A stretch of DNA of 55,270 nt. Origin: a virus (lineage: Duplodnaviria; Caudoviricetes). Shown in pieces: positions 32,688 to 41,997 of the stretch. A program made the translations under genes and the position numbers. The DNA lies in IMG/VR virus record IMGVR_UViG_3300032156_000013, positions 1 through 55,270 of that record. The stretch is one strand, 5' to 3'. The notes beneath the pieces were generated by a model. It did no database searches, was not told the origin of the DNA, and worked only from the letters and a program-made list of their open reading frames with translations. The number at the start of each line of letters is the position of its first letter. The first letter of the stretch is position 1.

Positions 32688-32989
32688 CTCAAGTCCACCG
32701 CCAAAATTTTATTTTTAAGGAATTTATTATCTACAAACACTATGTCGTACTCCACATCGTCCTTTTTTAATATGTCCTCCTCGGTTATATCGCAACCGTT
32801 TATATAAAGACGATATGAAGCTCTAACTCCTATTTTATCATTATATCTACCTTCTGCTCCCGATAACACCAAGAGTATTCCATAAATATCTCTCTCTTTC
32901 CTCCAAGATACTTTTTGACCGTCTGCACTGATTGCTCCCTCAACTCTTCTCCATAATTCAAACTTCTGCCTAGGACCAACTATTCTCAT
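32684..32989 (-). CDS. Head closure protein (SPP1 gp16-like)
   Basis: W......G.L..LSG.E...DITEED......YDIVFVD; position in the neck cluster. Confidence 0.7.
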   Translation of the reverse strand: MRIVGPRQKFELWRRVEGAISADGQKVSWRKERDIYGILLVLSGAEGRYNDKIGVRASYRLYINGCDITEEDILKKDDVEYDIVFVDNKFLKNKILAVDLS

Positions 32990-32991
32990 TT

Positions 32992-33219
32992 CTATTCCTT
33001 TTGTTCTGAAGTGGTACCCTTTTTCTTTATTATCTTTACATCCTTTAACAAACCATCCAAGATTTTCTTCGTAATTACCAACTCTTCTTTATCTCCTATT
33101 ATTATTCTTGCACCATCACCAATCTTCAACGTATCGCCTATATAAAACATTTCCTTTCCAGTCTTTTTATCACGTATCATATAATTTTTTGCCACGTTAA
33201 TACCTCCTCCCGTGAGCAT
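32992..33219 (-). CDS. Hypothetical protein in the neck cluster
   Basis: 75 aa; likely start is the internal GTG after GGAGGAGGT. Confidence 0.6.
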   Translation of the reverse strand: MLTGGGINVAKNYMIRDKKTGKEMFYIGDTLKIGDGARIIIGDKEELVITKKILDGLLKDVKIIKKKGTTSEQKE

Positions 33220-33228
33220 ATTTTACGC

Positions 33229-34092
33229 CTAGCATAACACTAATCTTTTATTAATATAATTCCTCAACAGTTGGTCTGCTTCTACTATGCCAGAAAGCAT
33301 CTTCTCTTCTCCTCTGTCATAAGAATACGCTCCCGATAAACTCTCCGACCTAAAATTATACGTTTCATATCTTTCAGGTTCCATATCATACTGCACTAGT
33401 ATTACGCAGGCATCCATTATCGCCTGAGGACAATTATAATAACCGTAAGAGCCGATAATTTTAATATTATTCTCACCTTTTACAAACATTTTATCTCTTA
33501 CATACAGATTTATCGGTTCAATTAGCACTCCTGGTTCTTTAATTTCACCTACCAACGGACTAAACACAGAATCTTCATCATAACGCCAATTGGTTATTAT
33601 CGAAACTGTATCTTCATTCGCCAATGTTTCTGGGATAGCCTCCTCCAAAGTGAACACTGACTTTCCATTACCATCTGTTAAAGTATTAGATAATATTTTG
33701 CACCCCCAGTACCTATCTTCTGTTTTAGAATAATCATATATGCTTATATAACTATCCCTGAAAGCATTAAGAACGGTATTTATATGCAATTCTATCGTGT
33801 AGTTTCCTTTAGTTCCTTCTATGTTGCTTCCGGTAAGATCTGTAGTAGATATATATTCAGTATTTATACTGAGTTGATTTATTGATAGTATTCTTGGCCT
33901 TACAGGCAAATACATTCTATTTTTATCGTTTCCGTTCATAATTAAAATAAAATTTTTGGGATAAAAATAGTCTTTTGTAAGTTTTTCTACTAGTCTTTCT
34001 GCCTTTAATATTTTTTCCTCTTTTTCTCCTGCAGTAAAACCACTTGGCCAGCTATCTACTAATTTAGCTTCTATAATATAGTGACAATTCAT
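33229..34092 (-). CDS. Head-tail adaptor with an inserted domain
   Basis: A..LVE.LT..YF, G..NIKI.G.YGY...P.AI..AC, SESL..YSY, AD.LL..Y. Confidence 0.75.
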   Translation of the reverse strand: MNCHYIIEAKLVDSWPSGFTAGEKEEKILKAERLVEKLTKDYFYPKNFILIMNGNDKNRMYLPVRPRILSINQLSINTEYISTTDLTGSNIEGTKGNYTIELHINTVLNAFRDSYISIYDYSKTEDRYWGCKILSNTLTDGNGKSVFTLEEAIPETLANEDTVSIITNWRYDEDSVFSPLVGEIKEPGVLIEPINLYVRDKMFVKGENNIKIIGSYGYYNCPQAIMDACVILVQYDMEPERYETYNFRSESLSGAYSYDRGEEKMLSGIVEADQLLRNYINKRLVLC

Positions 34093-34107
34093 GTTTTCTC
34101 CTTTTAA

Positions 34108-34608
34108 TTATACTTGTTCTAATTCCACGGTTATGACCCCACCAGTCAGACCAGCCAAATCGCCTGTAAAAACAGCTGCCAGCATATCATTCTTATTCAC
34201 AAGCAAGTCACTTAATTTATTCGTAAGTAAAGGGGATTGAATTATACCTGCTTCTCCTTTTAAATCAATTTTAGTTTCTCCGAGCAAATCAACTGTACTT
34301 ACATCATCTATCCTCATAGCATCTAATACTTTTTTAATGGTAACTTTTACTTCGCCTTCACTCTTCCCTTCGGTAGCATGGACTTCACTAATTTTTAAAA
34401 CTCTGTAATCTTTTAGAGCTATAAACATATAGGAATTAATATTACCTTCTCCTATCAACATATTCACTGAAGATACTATTCTACCAAAATCTTCTTTTAT
34501 TATTTTTGTATTTCCTCTACTAACATCTTCTTGCAGTTTTTCTCCTAATTTACCCAACTTGCTTATCCCCTTCCAAAACAAATTTTTCGTATAGAGTAAA
34601 ATGTTCAT
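34108..34608 (-). CDS. Putative head decoration protein
   Basis: Beta-rich C-terminal domain in the post-capsid cluster; true start probably the TTG of LGKLGEK. Confidence 0.5.
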   Translation of the reverse strand: MNILLYTKNLFWKGISKLGKLGEKLQEDVSRGNTKIIKEDFGRIVSSVNMLIGEGNINSYMFIALKDYRVLKISEVHATEGKSEGEVKVTIKKVLDAMRIDDVSTVDLLGETKIDLKGEAGIIQSPLLTNKLSDLLVNKNDMLAAVFTGDLAGLTGGVITVELEQV

Positions 34609-34891
34609 CTTTAAGTTTCTTTCGGGAATCCTCTACCTTAAGAGTTTCTTTAATCCGCATTGTAACTACCTCACCTAATTCAAATTCTCTAATTATTTTT
34701 TCGGCATCTTTAGATTTCCACGTCACTCTACCATCGGGAAGTTCTATAAACTTCAATAACTTATGCTCCTCTTCAGTAAAGCTCAAATCTTCTTTAGCTT
34801 TACGCATAAGTTTTAAAGTTGTAAAATCTGATTCTCCCGATAAAATACTAATCAGATTGACTCGCTCAAATACGTTAAGTGATACTTTCAT
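34550..34891 (-). CDS. Hypothetical protein, possibly a fibre chaperone
   Basis: L.VFER..L..IL..E.DF.TLK...L.F.EEE...LYEKF pattern, which often follows fibre genes. Confidence 0.6.
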   Translation of the reverse strand: MKVSLNVFERVNLISILSGESDFTTLKLMRKAKEDLSFTEEEHKLLKFIELPDGRVTWKSKDAEKIIREFELGEVVTMRIKETLKVEDSRKKLKDEHFTLYEKFVLEGDKQVG

Positions 34892-34923
34892 TAAATCCTT
34901 TTCCTCCTTTTTTATTTTTAGGA

Positions 34924-34951
34924 TTGCGGGGTTTAATTAACCACCCCGCAA
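34924..34951. terminator. Intergenic hairpin (terminator-like or stabilising)
   Basis: TTGCGGGGT...ACCCCGCAA 9-bp stem; no good U-tract on the minus strand. Confidence 0.45.
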
Positions 34952-34961
34952 AGCCTTTTAA

Positions 34962-35810
34962 TTATGATGGGTCAGACCAGTATTTAAGATATTTAGTTGT
35001 CGCACCGACTAATATTTTAATTGAACCTTCACCATCACCAGACTTAACCGTACCTACACAAGGACCTTCGTCCGCACCACCTGCACTCGGGAAAAAGAAA
35101 GCATTTTGCGGGCCTTCATTGTCATTGTCCTGATTACCCATTGCTATAGCAACAACAGGTAAAGGAGTACCAGCGATTCTAATCCCCTCTGCAAGTCCAG
35201 TTCCTAAACTATGGCCACAGGTAGTTCTAATTTCAAGACCAATCGCTGTATTATGGGTTCCAGCACCTTGCATGGATATAATTAGACCACGTAGATTACC
35301 AGCTACATCCTCATCACCAGCGTTCATTACCAATCCTAATACTGTGGCCTCGCCACCTACAGCAACACCCGAAGCAATAAAATCTATTTCTCCTTGATAC
35401 ACATAGGCATCTAATACATCTTTGCCAACTACCACATTCCAGTCAGCACATTTAAGTCTTAGATTACTCATATCAACAGTATCGTGAGTTATATTGGTAT
35501 AGATTAGATTAATAGTAGATACACCAGTTGGATTAGCACCTATTATATTAAGGTTCATTTGTATCGGGTCAAGATGCTGAGTAGTCGCTACTAACATTGT
35601 AACATCAAGCTCTCCAGCATCGCCTCTTTTTCCTATTGCGAAAGCAAAATTTGAACGGGCTGAATCCGGAACAAAGACAGGAGCAAAATCTAAGAAAGTT
35701 TTAGAAGTAATAATCATACCGTCCTCAAAAGCCTCCTGAATTACTCTTCCTAGTGGTTGGGCAATATCTCTATGTAAATCAGCTAAATTTCGTTTAGTCA
35801 TTTTTCTCAC
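34962..35810 (-). CDS. Putative head fibre / decoration protein
   Basis: Gly/beta-rich 282 aa ending GSIKILVG.TTKYL.YW, a fibre-like terminus; lies downstream of the MCP. Confidence 0.55.
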   Translation of the reverse strand: MRKMTKRNLADLHRDIAQPLGRVIQEAFEDGMIITSKTFLDFAPVFVPDSARSNFAFAIGKRGDAGELDVTMLVATTQHLDPIQMNLNIIGANPTGVSTINLIYTNITHDTVDMSNLRLKCADWNVVVGKDVLDAYVYQGEIDFIASGVAVGGEATVLGLVMNAGDEDVAGNLRGLIISMQGAGTHNTAIGLEIRTTCGHSLGTGLAEGIRIAGTPLPVVAIAMGNQDNDNEGPQNAFFFPSAGGADEGPCVGTVKSGDGEGSIKILVGATTKYLKYWSDPS

Positions 35811-35815
35811 CTCAC

Positions 35816-36157
35816 TTAATGATTTATATTATACTTTTTTATTTTATCCAAAATATCATTCTTACATTCTTTATTTGTCACTTCAATACCCATTTCTCTT
35901 GCTACTTTTCTTAAATTAAAGAAGTTCATTTTTTCATAAATGGTTAAACCCTTATCTTTATTAATCCTGCAACTTCCTTCTGTTTTCTTTGGTTCAATCT
36001 CCCTCACTGTTACATAAGGGAGCTCTTTTAACATTTTAACTAGTTCCTCATCTTCTGTGACAAATCCCCAATTCTGTTGTAGATGTAAAGCGTGTTCCTT
36101 GTAAGGTATGCTTCTAGTTCCACCAAAATTAAACACCTCATACTTTACCATCATCAT
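35816..36157 (-). CDS. Rho-N/HeH-like domain protein
   Basis: C-terminal M....LRKVAREMGI......K.DILDKI motif; typical position just after the MCP. Confidence 0.65.
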   Translation of the reverse strand: MMMVKYEVFNFGGTRSIPYKEHALHLQQNWGFVTEDEELVKMLKELPYVTVREIEPKKTEGSCRINKDKGLTIYEKMNFFNLRKVAREMGIEVTNKECKNDILDKIKKYNINH

Positions 36158-36178
36158 TTCCTCCTTTTAGAATTTATT

Positions 36179-37456
36179 CTATCTTATTTTTAGATTCTTC
36201 AAGAATACCACTGCAGCCGGGTTTCCGAGTAACAAATCGGCTCTTAAACTATAGAAGAAATATGTAGATTCATCAGCAGCTTCTCTTGATGTTTCCATTT
36301 TGATATCTCTCTGAATTCCTATCATTAAATTATCTCTATGAGTTAAGAAACAATCTGTTCCGTCTATGGTGCATTCTTGTACTAATTCTGCATCTGCCAA
36401 GGTGTGATTCCACTTGAGAGCAGTCTTCAGGGTTAAAGTATTTGTATCTACGGAAGCTATCTGGACAACTTCTGATTTATACTCTAACAATGTTTTATGT
36501 ATCCAGATATAATCGTTCGCGTCAAAATTACTTCCACTTGCTACCACTATGACCGTTGCTCCAGCCAAGACATCTGCAGCCACAGTTGAATTTCCGAAAG
36601 TTCCAGTCTTTACTACTGGCATATCTACACTCATTAATGGCATAGAAACAATAGGAACTTTTCCGTAATGTAAAGGGCCTTGCCCTAATATGGCTTGATC
36701 TCCTAAAATAGTAGACCTTGCAGACAACGAGTCGATATAATCTTGTTCTATCTGGTCACTACAGAAAAATCTTAGACCTGCAAGTCCTCCAGCTAACTTT
36801 TTATACTTTGAAGGCATAGCCTTTATCATCTTACCGAATTTGAACTCCCAGTTATAAGGTGCAGCAGCCTTCTGTTCTGCAATATATCCATCGGTATATA
36901 TTGAGAAATCACTACTTCTTGCATTTAGTATGGTAGCACCACCGGTTACGGTATTCACGTATGTCGAACTCAACATCCTTTGTCTCCAACCATCCCACAA
37001 TCCATTAATATCTAAAGGTAATACTCCACTAGGAGACTTTAACCCCATATAGTATGCTTCATCTAAATCATTAGCTATATCTGCAGCAATCATTCTCATC
37101 AGATGATCTACGAATGCATCACCTTCTATATTATCTTCCAAATCATCATCGTGGACACGTACGCATCCTCTTGCCTTTTTAGATACTAACTCTGCCTTGC
37201 CTGCTACTACAGTTTGTTTATATTTGGTAGAATCGAATATCGCATCAGGCCATAGGACTTTACCAGTTGTTCCGATAGTTCTCACGATTTTAGTTGGTTT
37301 TGCCATTCTGATTATCTGTGCATTACCTTTTAATACAGACTCATCTACGATATAATCTATAAACTTATCCGCTTCTTCCGGTGTAAAGTCTATATCTACA
37401 GGAAACATTCCTTTTATAAACGATGTCTTATTCAATAATTTTTTGTTGGTAATCAT
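36179..37456 (-). CDS. Major capsid protein (HK97 fold) with an inserted beta domain
   Basis: PEEADKFIDYIVDESVL, LEDNIEG..F..HL..M.A..IANDL...G, DGW, LTH..NL..GIQRDI, R.D. Confidence 0.92.
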   Translation of the reverse strand: MITNKKLLNKTSFIKGMFPVDIDFTPEEADKFIDYIVDESVLKGNAQIIRMAKPTKIVRTIGTTGKVLWPDAIFDSTKYKQTVVAGKAELVSKKARGCVRVHDDDLEDNIEGDAFVDHLMRMIAADIANDLDEAYYMGLKSPSGVLPLDINGLWDGWRQRMLSSTYVNTVTGGATILNARSSDFSIYTDGYIAEQKAAAPYNWEFKFGKMIKAMPSKYKKLAGGLAGLRFFCSDQIEQDYIDSLSARSTILGDQAILGQGPLHYGKVPIVSMPLMSVDMPVVKTGTFGNSTVAADVLAGATVIVVASGSNFDANDYIWIHKTLLEYKSEVVQIASVDTNTLTLKTALKWNHTLADAELVQECTIDGTDCFLTHRDNLMIGIQRDIKMETSREAADESTYFFYSLRADLLLGNPAAVVFLKNLKIR

Positions 37457-37459
37457 ATT

Positions 37460-38440
37460 TTATTCACCTCCCTTTGCTTTAAATGAACCCCAATGAAATA
37501 CTTCTGATTTCTTGACGTCCTTTTTGTTATCTAATTCATCATCATCATCCTGTCCATCTAATCCTTTTTTAACTCCCTTTACCTTCTCCACTTCAGCAAG
37601 TCTTGTCTCAAGGGCTTTTGATTCCTCTTCTTTCTTCTTTAACAATGCGTTTACCTCATCTAACTTTTTCATTACATCTACGTATTTTGTGTCTTCCTCT
37701 TTCCCCTTCTGTACTATTTCCTCTACTTTTTCTGGTTCATCTGACAAAAGACCATGGAGCTTAGCTACTATATCATTAATTACCTCCAACGTTTTCTTAG
37801 AATGTTTCTTACCGGATTTCTCTAAATCTTCTTTGACTTCTACAGTTTTCTTATCATCCGCCTTCTCCACTTCAAAGCTACCACAAGCATGCTTGGCTAT
37901 AACACCAATAGCATCTTTTAATTCAGGTGGAAACTCTTCCCTGTATTCATTAACAATATTCAAAGATTTCTCGATACTCGCTAACTCTTCTTCACTCTTT
38001 TTCACTTCTTCCAGTTTTACCTCTTCTCCAAGATATTCTTTTAACATTCCATTTAATTTTGCCTTGTCGAGCACATTGCTCACCTCCCCATTATTTTTTA
38101 CTAGTCTATAATTACTAGACTGTTTGAAACCGCCTACAACACCTGTATCTAACGTGTATGAAAGGTCAACTTTATTGACCCAACCATTTTCTATATTTTC
38201 CCCGCCAGACGGAGCATAAAAACCAAAATTAAAATCTCTTACGTTACTTATCTCCGAGTTATTTATTCTTACAACTGTTCCTTTCACGGTTCCGTCACTA
38301 CTTATTGATATCGCTACATCATCCTTTTCTAATTCCACGGTGGTTCCATCATTCTTCATTATTACATACTTTTTCTTATTCGCACCCTTCCTTACGAAAG
38401 ACAACTCACTAACATCAATATCCTTCAGTTTTCTATACAT
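37460..38440 (-). CDS. Scaffold protein carrying an N-terminal protease strand
   Basis: Starts LKDIDVSELSFVRKGAN; charged coiled-coil C-half; directly upstream of the MCP. Confidence 0.7.
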   Translation of the reverse strand: MYRKLKDIDVSELSFVRKGANKKKYVIMKNDGTTVELEKDDVAISISSDGTVKGTVVRINNSEISNVRDFNFGFYAPSGGENIENGWVNKVDLSYTLDTGVVGGFKQSSNYRLVKNNGEVSNVLDKAKLNGMLKEYLGEEVKLEEVKKSEEELASIEKSLNIVNEYREEFPPELKDAIGVIAKHACGSFEVEKADDKKTVEVKEDLEKSGKKHSKKTLEVINDIVAKLHGLLSDEPEKVEEIVQKGKEEDTKYVDVMKKLDEVNALLKKKEEESKALETRLAEVEKVKGVKKGLDGQDDDDELDNKKDVKKSEVFHWGSFKAKGGE

Positions 38441-38452
38441 AGGACCACCCCC

Positions 38453-38508
38453 AAATAAAAATGCGGATGCCTTAGCCTCCGATAATTAATGAAAGCTTAA
38501 ACATCCGC
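38453..38508 (-). terminator. Terminator/attenuator-like hairpin in the scaffold-capsid leader
   Basis: GCGGATGTTTAAGCTTTC-10 nt-GGAGGCTAAGGCATCCGC (17 of 18 pairs with G-U on the minus strand), then ATTTTTATTT. Confidence 0.6.
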
Positions 38509-38576
38509 TATCAGATTCCCGTGCTATGGGAATGTGTTCAGATTTTAACCGTTTAACTTATAACTTCGTATGACAT

Positions 38577-38605
38577 ATTATAATATAATTTATTATGGAT
38601 TGCAA
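38577..38605 (-). promoter_or_regulatory. sigma70-type promoter for the scaffold/capsid genes
   Basis: TTGCAA-17 nt-TATAAT in a 218-bp gap. Confidence 0.6.
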
Positions 38606-38658
38606 ATATTATTTTACTAGCGTATTAACAGGCTTGTATACTTTGATTTACTGTGAAT

Positions 38659-39819
38659 TTAAAAGGCGTTTGCCCATCCTCTCATACTAAAGCCGGTTAG
38701 GTCGCCACTCTTTACTCCATCCCAAACTTCATCTTCATTCGCCTTACACAGTATAAACCAACTTCCTTTCTTAATTATCACATTACTTATAGTAACATCT
38801 GCAGGCATTATATAACTCTCTAATAAATCAACGTCCCGGTCTTTCCCTTTGTGATTTACTTTAAACTTTCTTACTTCAACATTAAATTTATGTGCTGCCT
38901 TTTCTATTTCTTCTGCACTTGCTGTATCACCTTGACTATCAACTTCATCTGGAGCATATACTACTCCACCCACTATCCTCTTCTCTTCGTCTATTTTAAA
39001 GATTGGAATAATCTTGTTCACTACATCATCATCTTTTATTACTTTCGGTTCCTCCTCTTTTACAGCCTCGGATTTCTTAGTCTCCTGTTTCTTCAACCAA
39101 GCCTTCGCCGTGGCCATAGTAAATTTATCTACGTCAAAGAGATAAGTTGCTATCTTCTTGTCACCTTCACCACCACAATACAGGGCTTTTATCCCGTCTT
39201 TTGCCGAAATGTCTATAGTTGCTGTTATCTTGCAACTATTTACCGGTATATGGTGATATTTATCAGTAGTTTCAGGTTTGCTTATTTCCACCCTACCGGT
39301 AGTTTCCTTAGGCCTTAATATCACATCAAATACTGGCATATAGTTCTCCCCTGCACCTTCCGCCTTCCATACTATTTTACATTTTTTCTTTAACTGGATC
39401 TTTATTATATCTCCAATCTTTTTTTCCATTTGCTCTACTATATCTGGTTTATCTATTACCGCCACACTTACTTCTTTTGACGTTTTTGGATTTTTCAAAT
39501 AATCTCCGAAGATAGACACGTAATCTTTTATCAATACTTCTTCCTTTAGACCTGGTATATCTATACCATACAAAGATTTTGTAAGCAGTGCCTTATCTAT
39601 CTCCTTCGTGTCATGGACAAGTTTTCTTTCACCCATCTCTTTTATTAGGATCTGATACTTCTCCAGCATCGTCCCTCTGTCTATATCCATGAACTTCTTT
39701 ACTTCTTTAAAATGTTTATCCCATATTTGCAGGAACCTCAACCTTAACGAATACAACTCCTTGCCGTCTATCTTCTTGATACTAGTTTTAGTTATATCTT
39801 CTATCTTCATAAATACCAC
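38659..39819 (-). CDS. XkdF-like prohead maturation serine protease with N-terminal accessory domains
   Basis: RIVGGVVYAPDEVDSQGD...IEKAAHKF...H...LESYI...GSW...W..VKSG.LTGFS. Confidence 0.85.
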   Translation of the reverse strand: MVFMKIEDITKTSIKKIDGKELYSLRLRFLQIWDKHFKEVKKFMDIDRGTMLEKYQILIKEMGERKLVHDTKEIDKALLTKSLYGIDIPGLKEEVLIKDYVSIFGDYLKNPKTSKEVSVAVIDKPDIVEQMEKKIGDIIKIQLKKKCKIVWKAEGAGENYMPVFDVILRPKETTGRVEISKPETTDKYHHIPVNSCKITATIDISAKDGIKALYCGGEGDKKIATYLFDVDKFTMATAKAWLKKQETKKSEAVKEEEPKVIKDDDVVNKIIPIFKIDEEKRIVGGVVYAPDEVDSQGDTASAEEIEKAAHKFNVEVRKFKVNHKGKDRDVDLLESYIMPADVTISNVIIKKGSWFILCKANEDEVWDGVKSGDLTGFSMRGWANAF

Positions 39820-39840
39820 CTTCCTTACTTTAGATTATCC

Positions 39841-40050
39841 TTAAAGTCCCCACCGCTCAACCGCTTTTTTATCTAATTCAAATTGTATCCCATGATCTTT
39901 CGGATGAGGATTTATATGATTAAACTCACTCGATAAAATCTCGTGAGGTATTCCTTTTGGAAATGCCTTACAAGTCAAAATTTTTTTTTCGTTTATATTT
40001 ATACAGTACCAACATCTACTACCTTCTTTAGGATTCCATTTTTCTACCAT
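39841..40050 (-). CDS. Small Cys/His protein, probable immunity partner of the MuF toxin
   Basis: CWYC...CKAFP.GIP.EI.....H..P...DHGIQFE, a family I recall directly downstream of MuF-toxin genes. Confidence 0.6.
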   Translation of the reverse strand: MVEKWNPKEGSRCWYCININEKKILTCKAFPKGIPHEILSSEFNHINPHPKDHGIQFELDKKAVERWGL

Positions 40051-40061
40051 CTTTATCCCCC

Positions 40062-41552
40062 TTATTTTATCACAACTAAACTTGCATCATCAAAAATACA
40101 TAACTCGTGACGTATATATATACCATCATACCCAGCGTTTTTCATCATGTATCTTTGAGTCACTTCAATCCCATACTTTTCAGTCCTAGTTATTTTCTTA
40201 ATTGCTTCCCAATCTTTAGATGTTATAGTTTTAAGAGTTCCCAATAACTGAGAATCGTACTTTAATTTTGCATCAGCTACTAGTTCTGCGTAAGTTAAAT
40301 TCTCATTAACTATTGTAGCATTACGTAGAAGAGAACTATCGGTTATTAGTTGATAGTACTCTTTTTCATTCGTAGCTGTAAGAACATTTGAAAGTTTAGT
40401 TTTTATTTTTAAAACTTGACCCTTTTTGCCAGTAATCGTACTATAAAATTCAGCTTCATTCTCAGCCAAAGTCGCATAGTGACCTTGACCTAAATAGCCT
40501 CCACATTTTGTATTATCCCCCAAGTTAGCTATCTTAAAACCTTCTTCTTTAATTTCGGTAGCTGCTCCTTTTGTAGTCCCATGGTAAAATACTTCTTTCT
40601 CATATACACTTCCTTTTGCCCATGCATTAGCTTCAGATTCTGTCATAGTTGGCTTCCATACTGGAGCTGGTTTCTCTCTCGCTTCGTACACTACCGTCCA
40701 AGCACATCGACATCTTGGATGCAATGGTAAGATACCATGGGCCTCCTCAATCGTGTATTCTTCTCCCTCTCTGGCCGCACATTCCTCACAACAATCGGCT
40801 GCACTTGAAATTGTAACCGTTGTAAAGACATCTTGTTGTTCTAAAGCTTGCAGATATCCTTCATTTACGGATCTAGATACTTCTGTCTTTGCTATTGAGT
40901 CGCATCTACCACGGTATAATTCGTTGTAATAACTCTGCATCTTGCTACCCAAAGCTTTATCACTAATACCATCGGCAATTAGACTGTCTCTATAAGTATA
41001 ATATGATTTGGTTTGCGTTAAGTTAAGTCCTAAAGGCAGTTCCCTTATCTGTCTACCTATTTCAACCCGACTCATCTTATCACGCATACTCTGTGCAATT
41101 ACTTCACGCAAGGCATCTTTAGTTTCATTCGTAAGTTCAGTTACACGTTCTAATGAATTCTTAGCTGCCCAGCTCAACGAAAGCGGATTGAATACATTAA
41201 AACTACCTTCTATTCTCGCCTGCTCATAAGCTTTACCCCCAGATTCAGCCATTACGCTTACATAAGCAGGTTCATAGATTGCAACACCTTCCTCTTCTAT
41301 CTTCTCCCAGTCTACATATTTAGTTACTATGCTTGAAGCACTTGCCTTTATTATTCTTTTTTTAATATCGGATACTATCTTATTAACCATGAAATCAAGA
41401 TACTTTTTAGCTACATCTTTATAGAATATATCATATCTTTTGTCCATTGTTCTGAACATCGCATTCCGATTCTTCCTGTTGAGATCTATTTTTTCAAAGA
41501 ACGTATTTAATTGTATTGAGATTTCTTTTGCCTTTTCGACAGTTACCATCAA
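40062..41552 (-). CDS. MuF / SPP1 gp7-like minor head protein with a C-terminal ADP-ribosyltransferase domain
   Basis: IAKTE.....N.G, CEEC, PLHPRCRC, then FYHGT...GF...G.LGQGHY......A..Y...GYDGI...ELCIFD (H-Y-E type ART). Confidence 0.85.
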   Translation of the reverse strand: MMVTVEKAKEISIQLNTFFEKIDLNRKNRNAMFRTMDKRYDIFYKDVAKKYLDFMVNKIVSDIKKRIIKASASSIVTKYVDWEKIEEEGVAIYEPAYVSVMAESGGKAYEQARIEGSFNVFNPLSLSWAAKNSLERVTELTNETKDALREVIAQSMRDKMSRVEIGRQIRELPLGLNLTQTKSYYTYRDSLIADGISDKALGSKMQSYYNELYRGRCDSIAKTEVSRSVNEGYLQALEQQDVFTTVTISSAADCCEECAAREGEEYTIEEAHGILPLHPRCRCAWTVVYEAREKPAPVWKPTMTESEANAWAKGSVYEKEVFYHGTTKGAATEIKEEGFKIANLGDNTKCGGYLGQGHYATLAENEAEFYSTITGKKGQVLKIKTKLSNVLTATNEKEYYQLITDSSLLRNATIVNENLTYAELVADAKLKYDSQLLGTLKTITSKDWEAIKKITRTEKYGIEVTQRYMMKNAGYDGIYIRHELCIFDDASLVVIK

Positions 41553-41565
41553 ATCCCCCTATATT

Positions 41566-41976
41566 TTACTCTTTCTTTTTAATGAATAGACCTATCGTTA
41601 CTTTTACTTCCATCCCAGGCATATCTTTCTTTATTTCCTCCGCAACCCTACCCGCTACTTCTTCGGCTTTCTCCTTCAAATAAAATTCTAACTCCATTTT
41701 TTCTATGAACTTCGTGATATCGGTTACTTTCTCTCCTTTGCCTACGTTAGGTACACCCATCCTAAACCACCCGATGCTATTCATCTTATTCTCGGATAGC
41801 GAGAATACATCCTCATTGCCACATATATATAGGATCTGATTATCTGGAAATGCCTCTTTTACCTTATTTATAATACTTTGCAATTTCTCTTTAGGCATAT
41901 CCTTATATTCTTCACTAGACCTGTACACTATTACATCACTAGATTTAGAATCCAATTTTTTAATATCATCACTCAT
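41566..41976 (-). CDS. Hypothetical protein
   Basis: 136 aa between the portal and MuF genes. Confidence 0.65.
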   Translation of the reverse strand: MSDDIKKLDSKSSDVIVYRSSEEYKDMPKEKLQSIINKVKEAFPDNQILYICGNEDVFSLSENKMNSIGWFRMGVPNVGKGEKVTDITKFIEKMELEFYLKEKAEEVAGRVAEEIKKDMPGMEVKVTIGLFIKKKE

Positions 41977-41997
41977 ATAATCACCACCAACATATTC

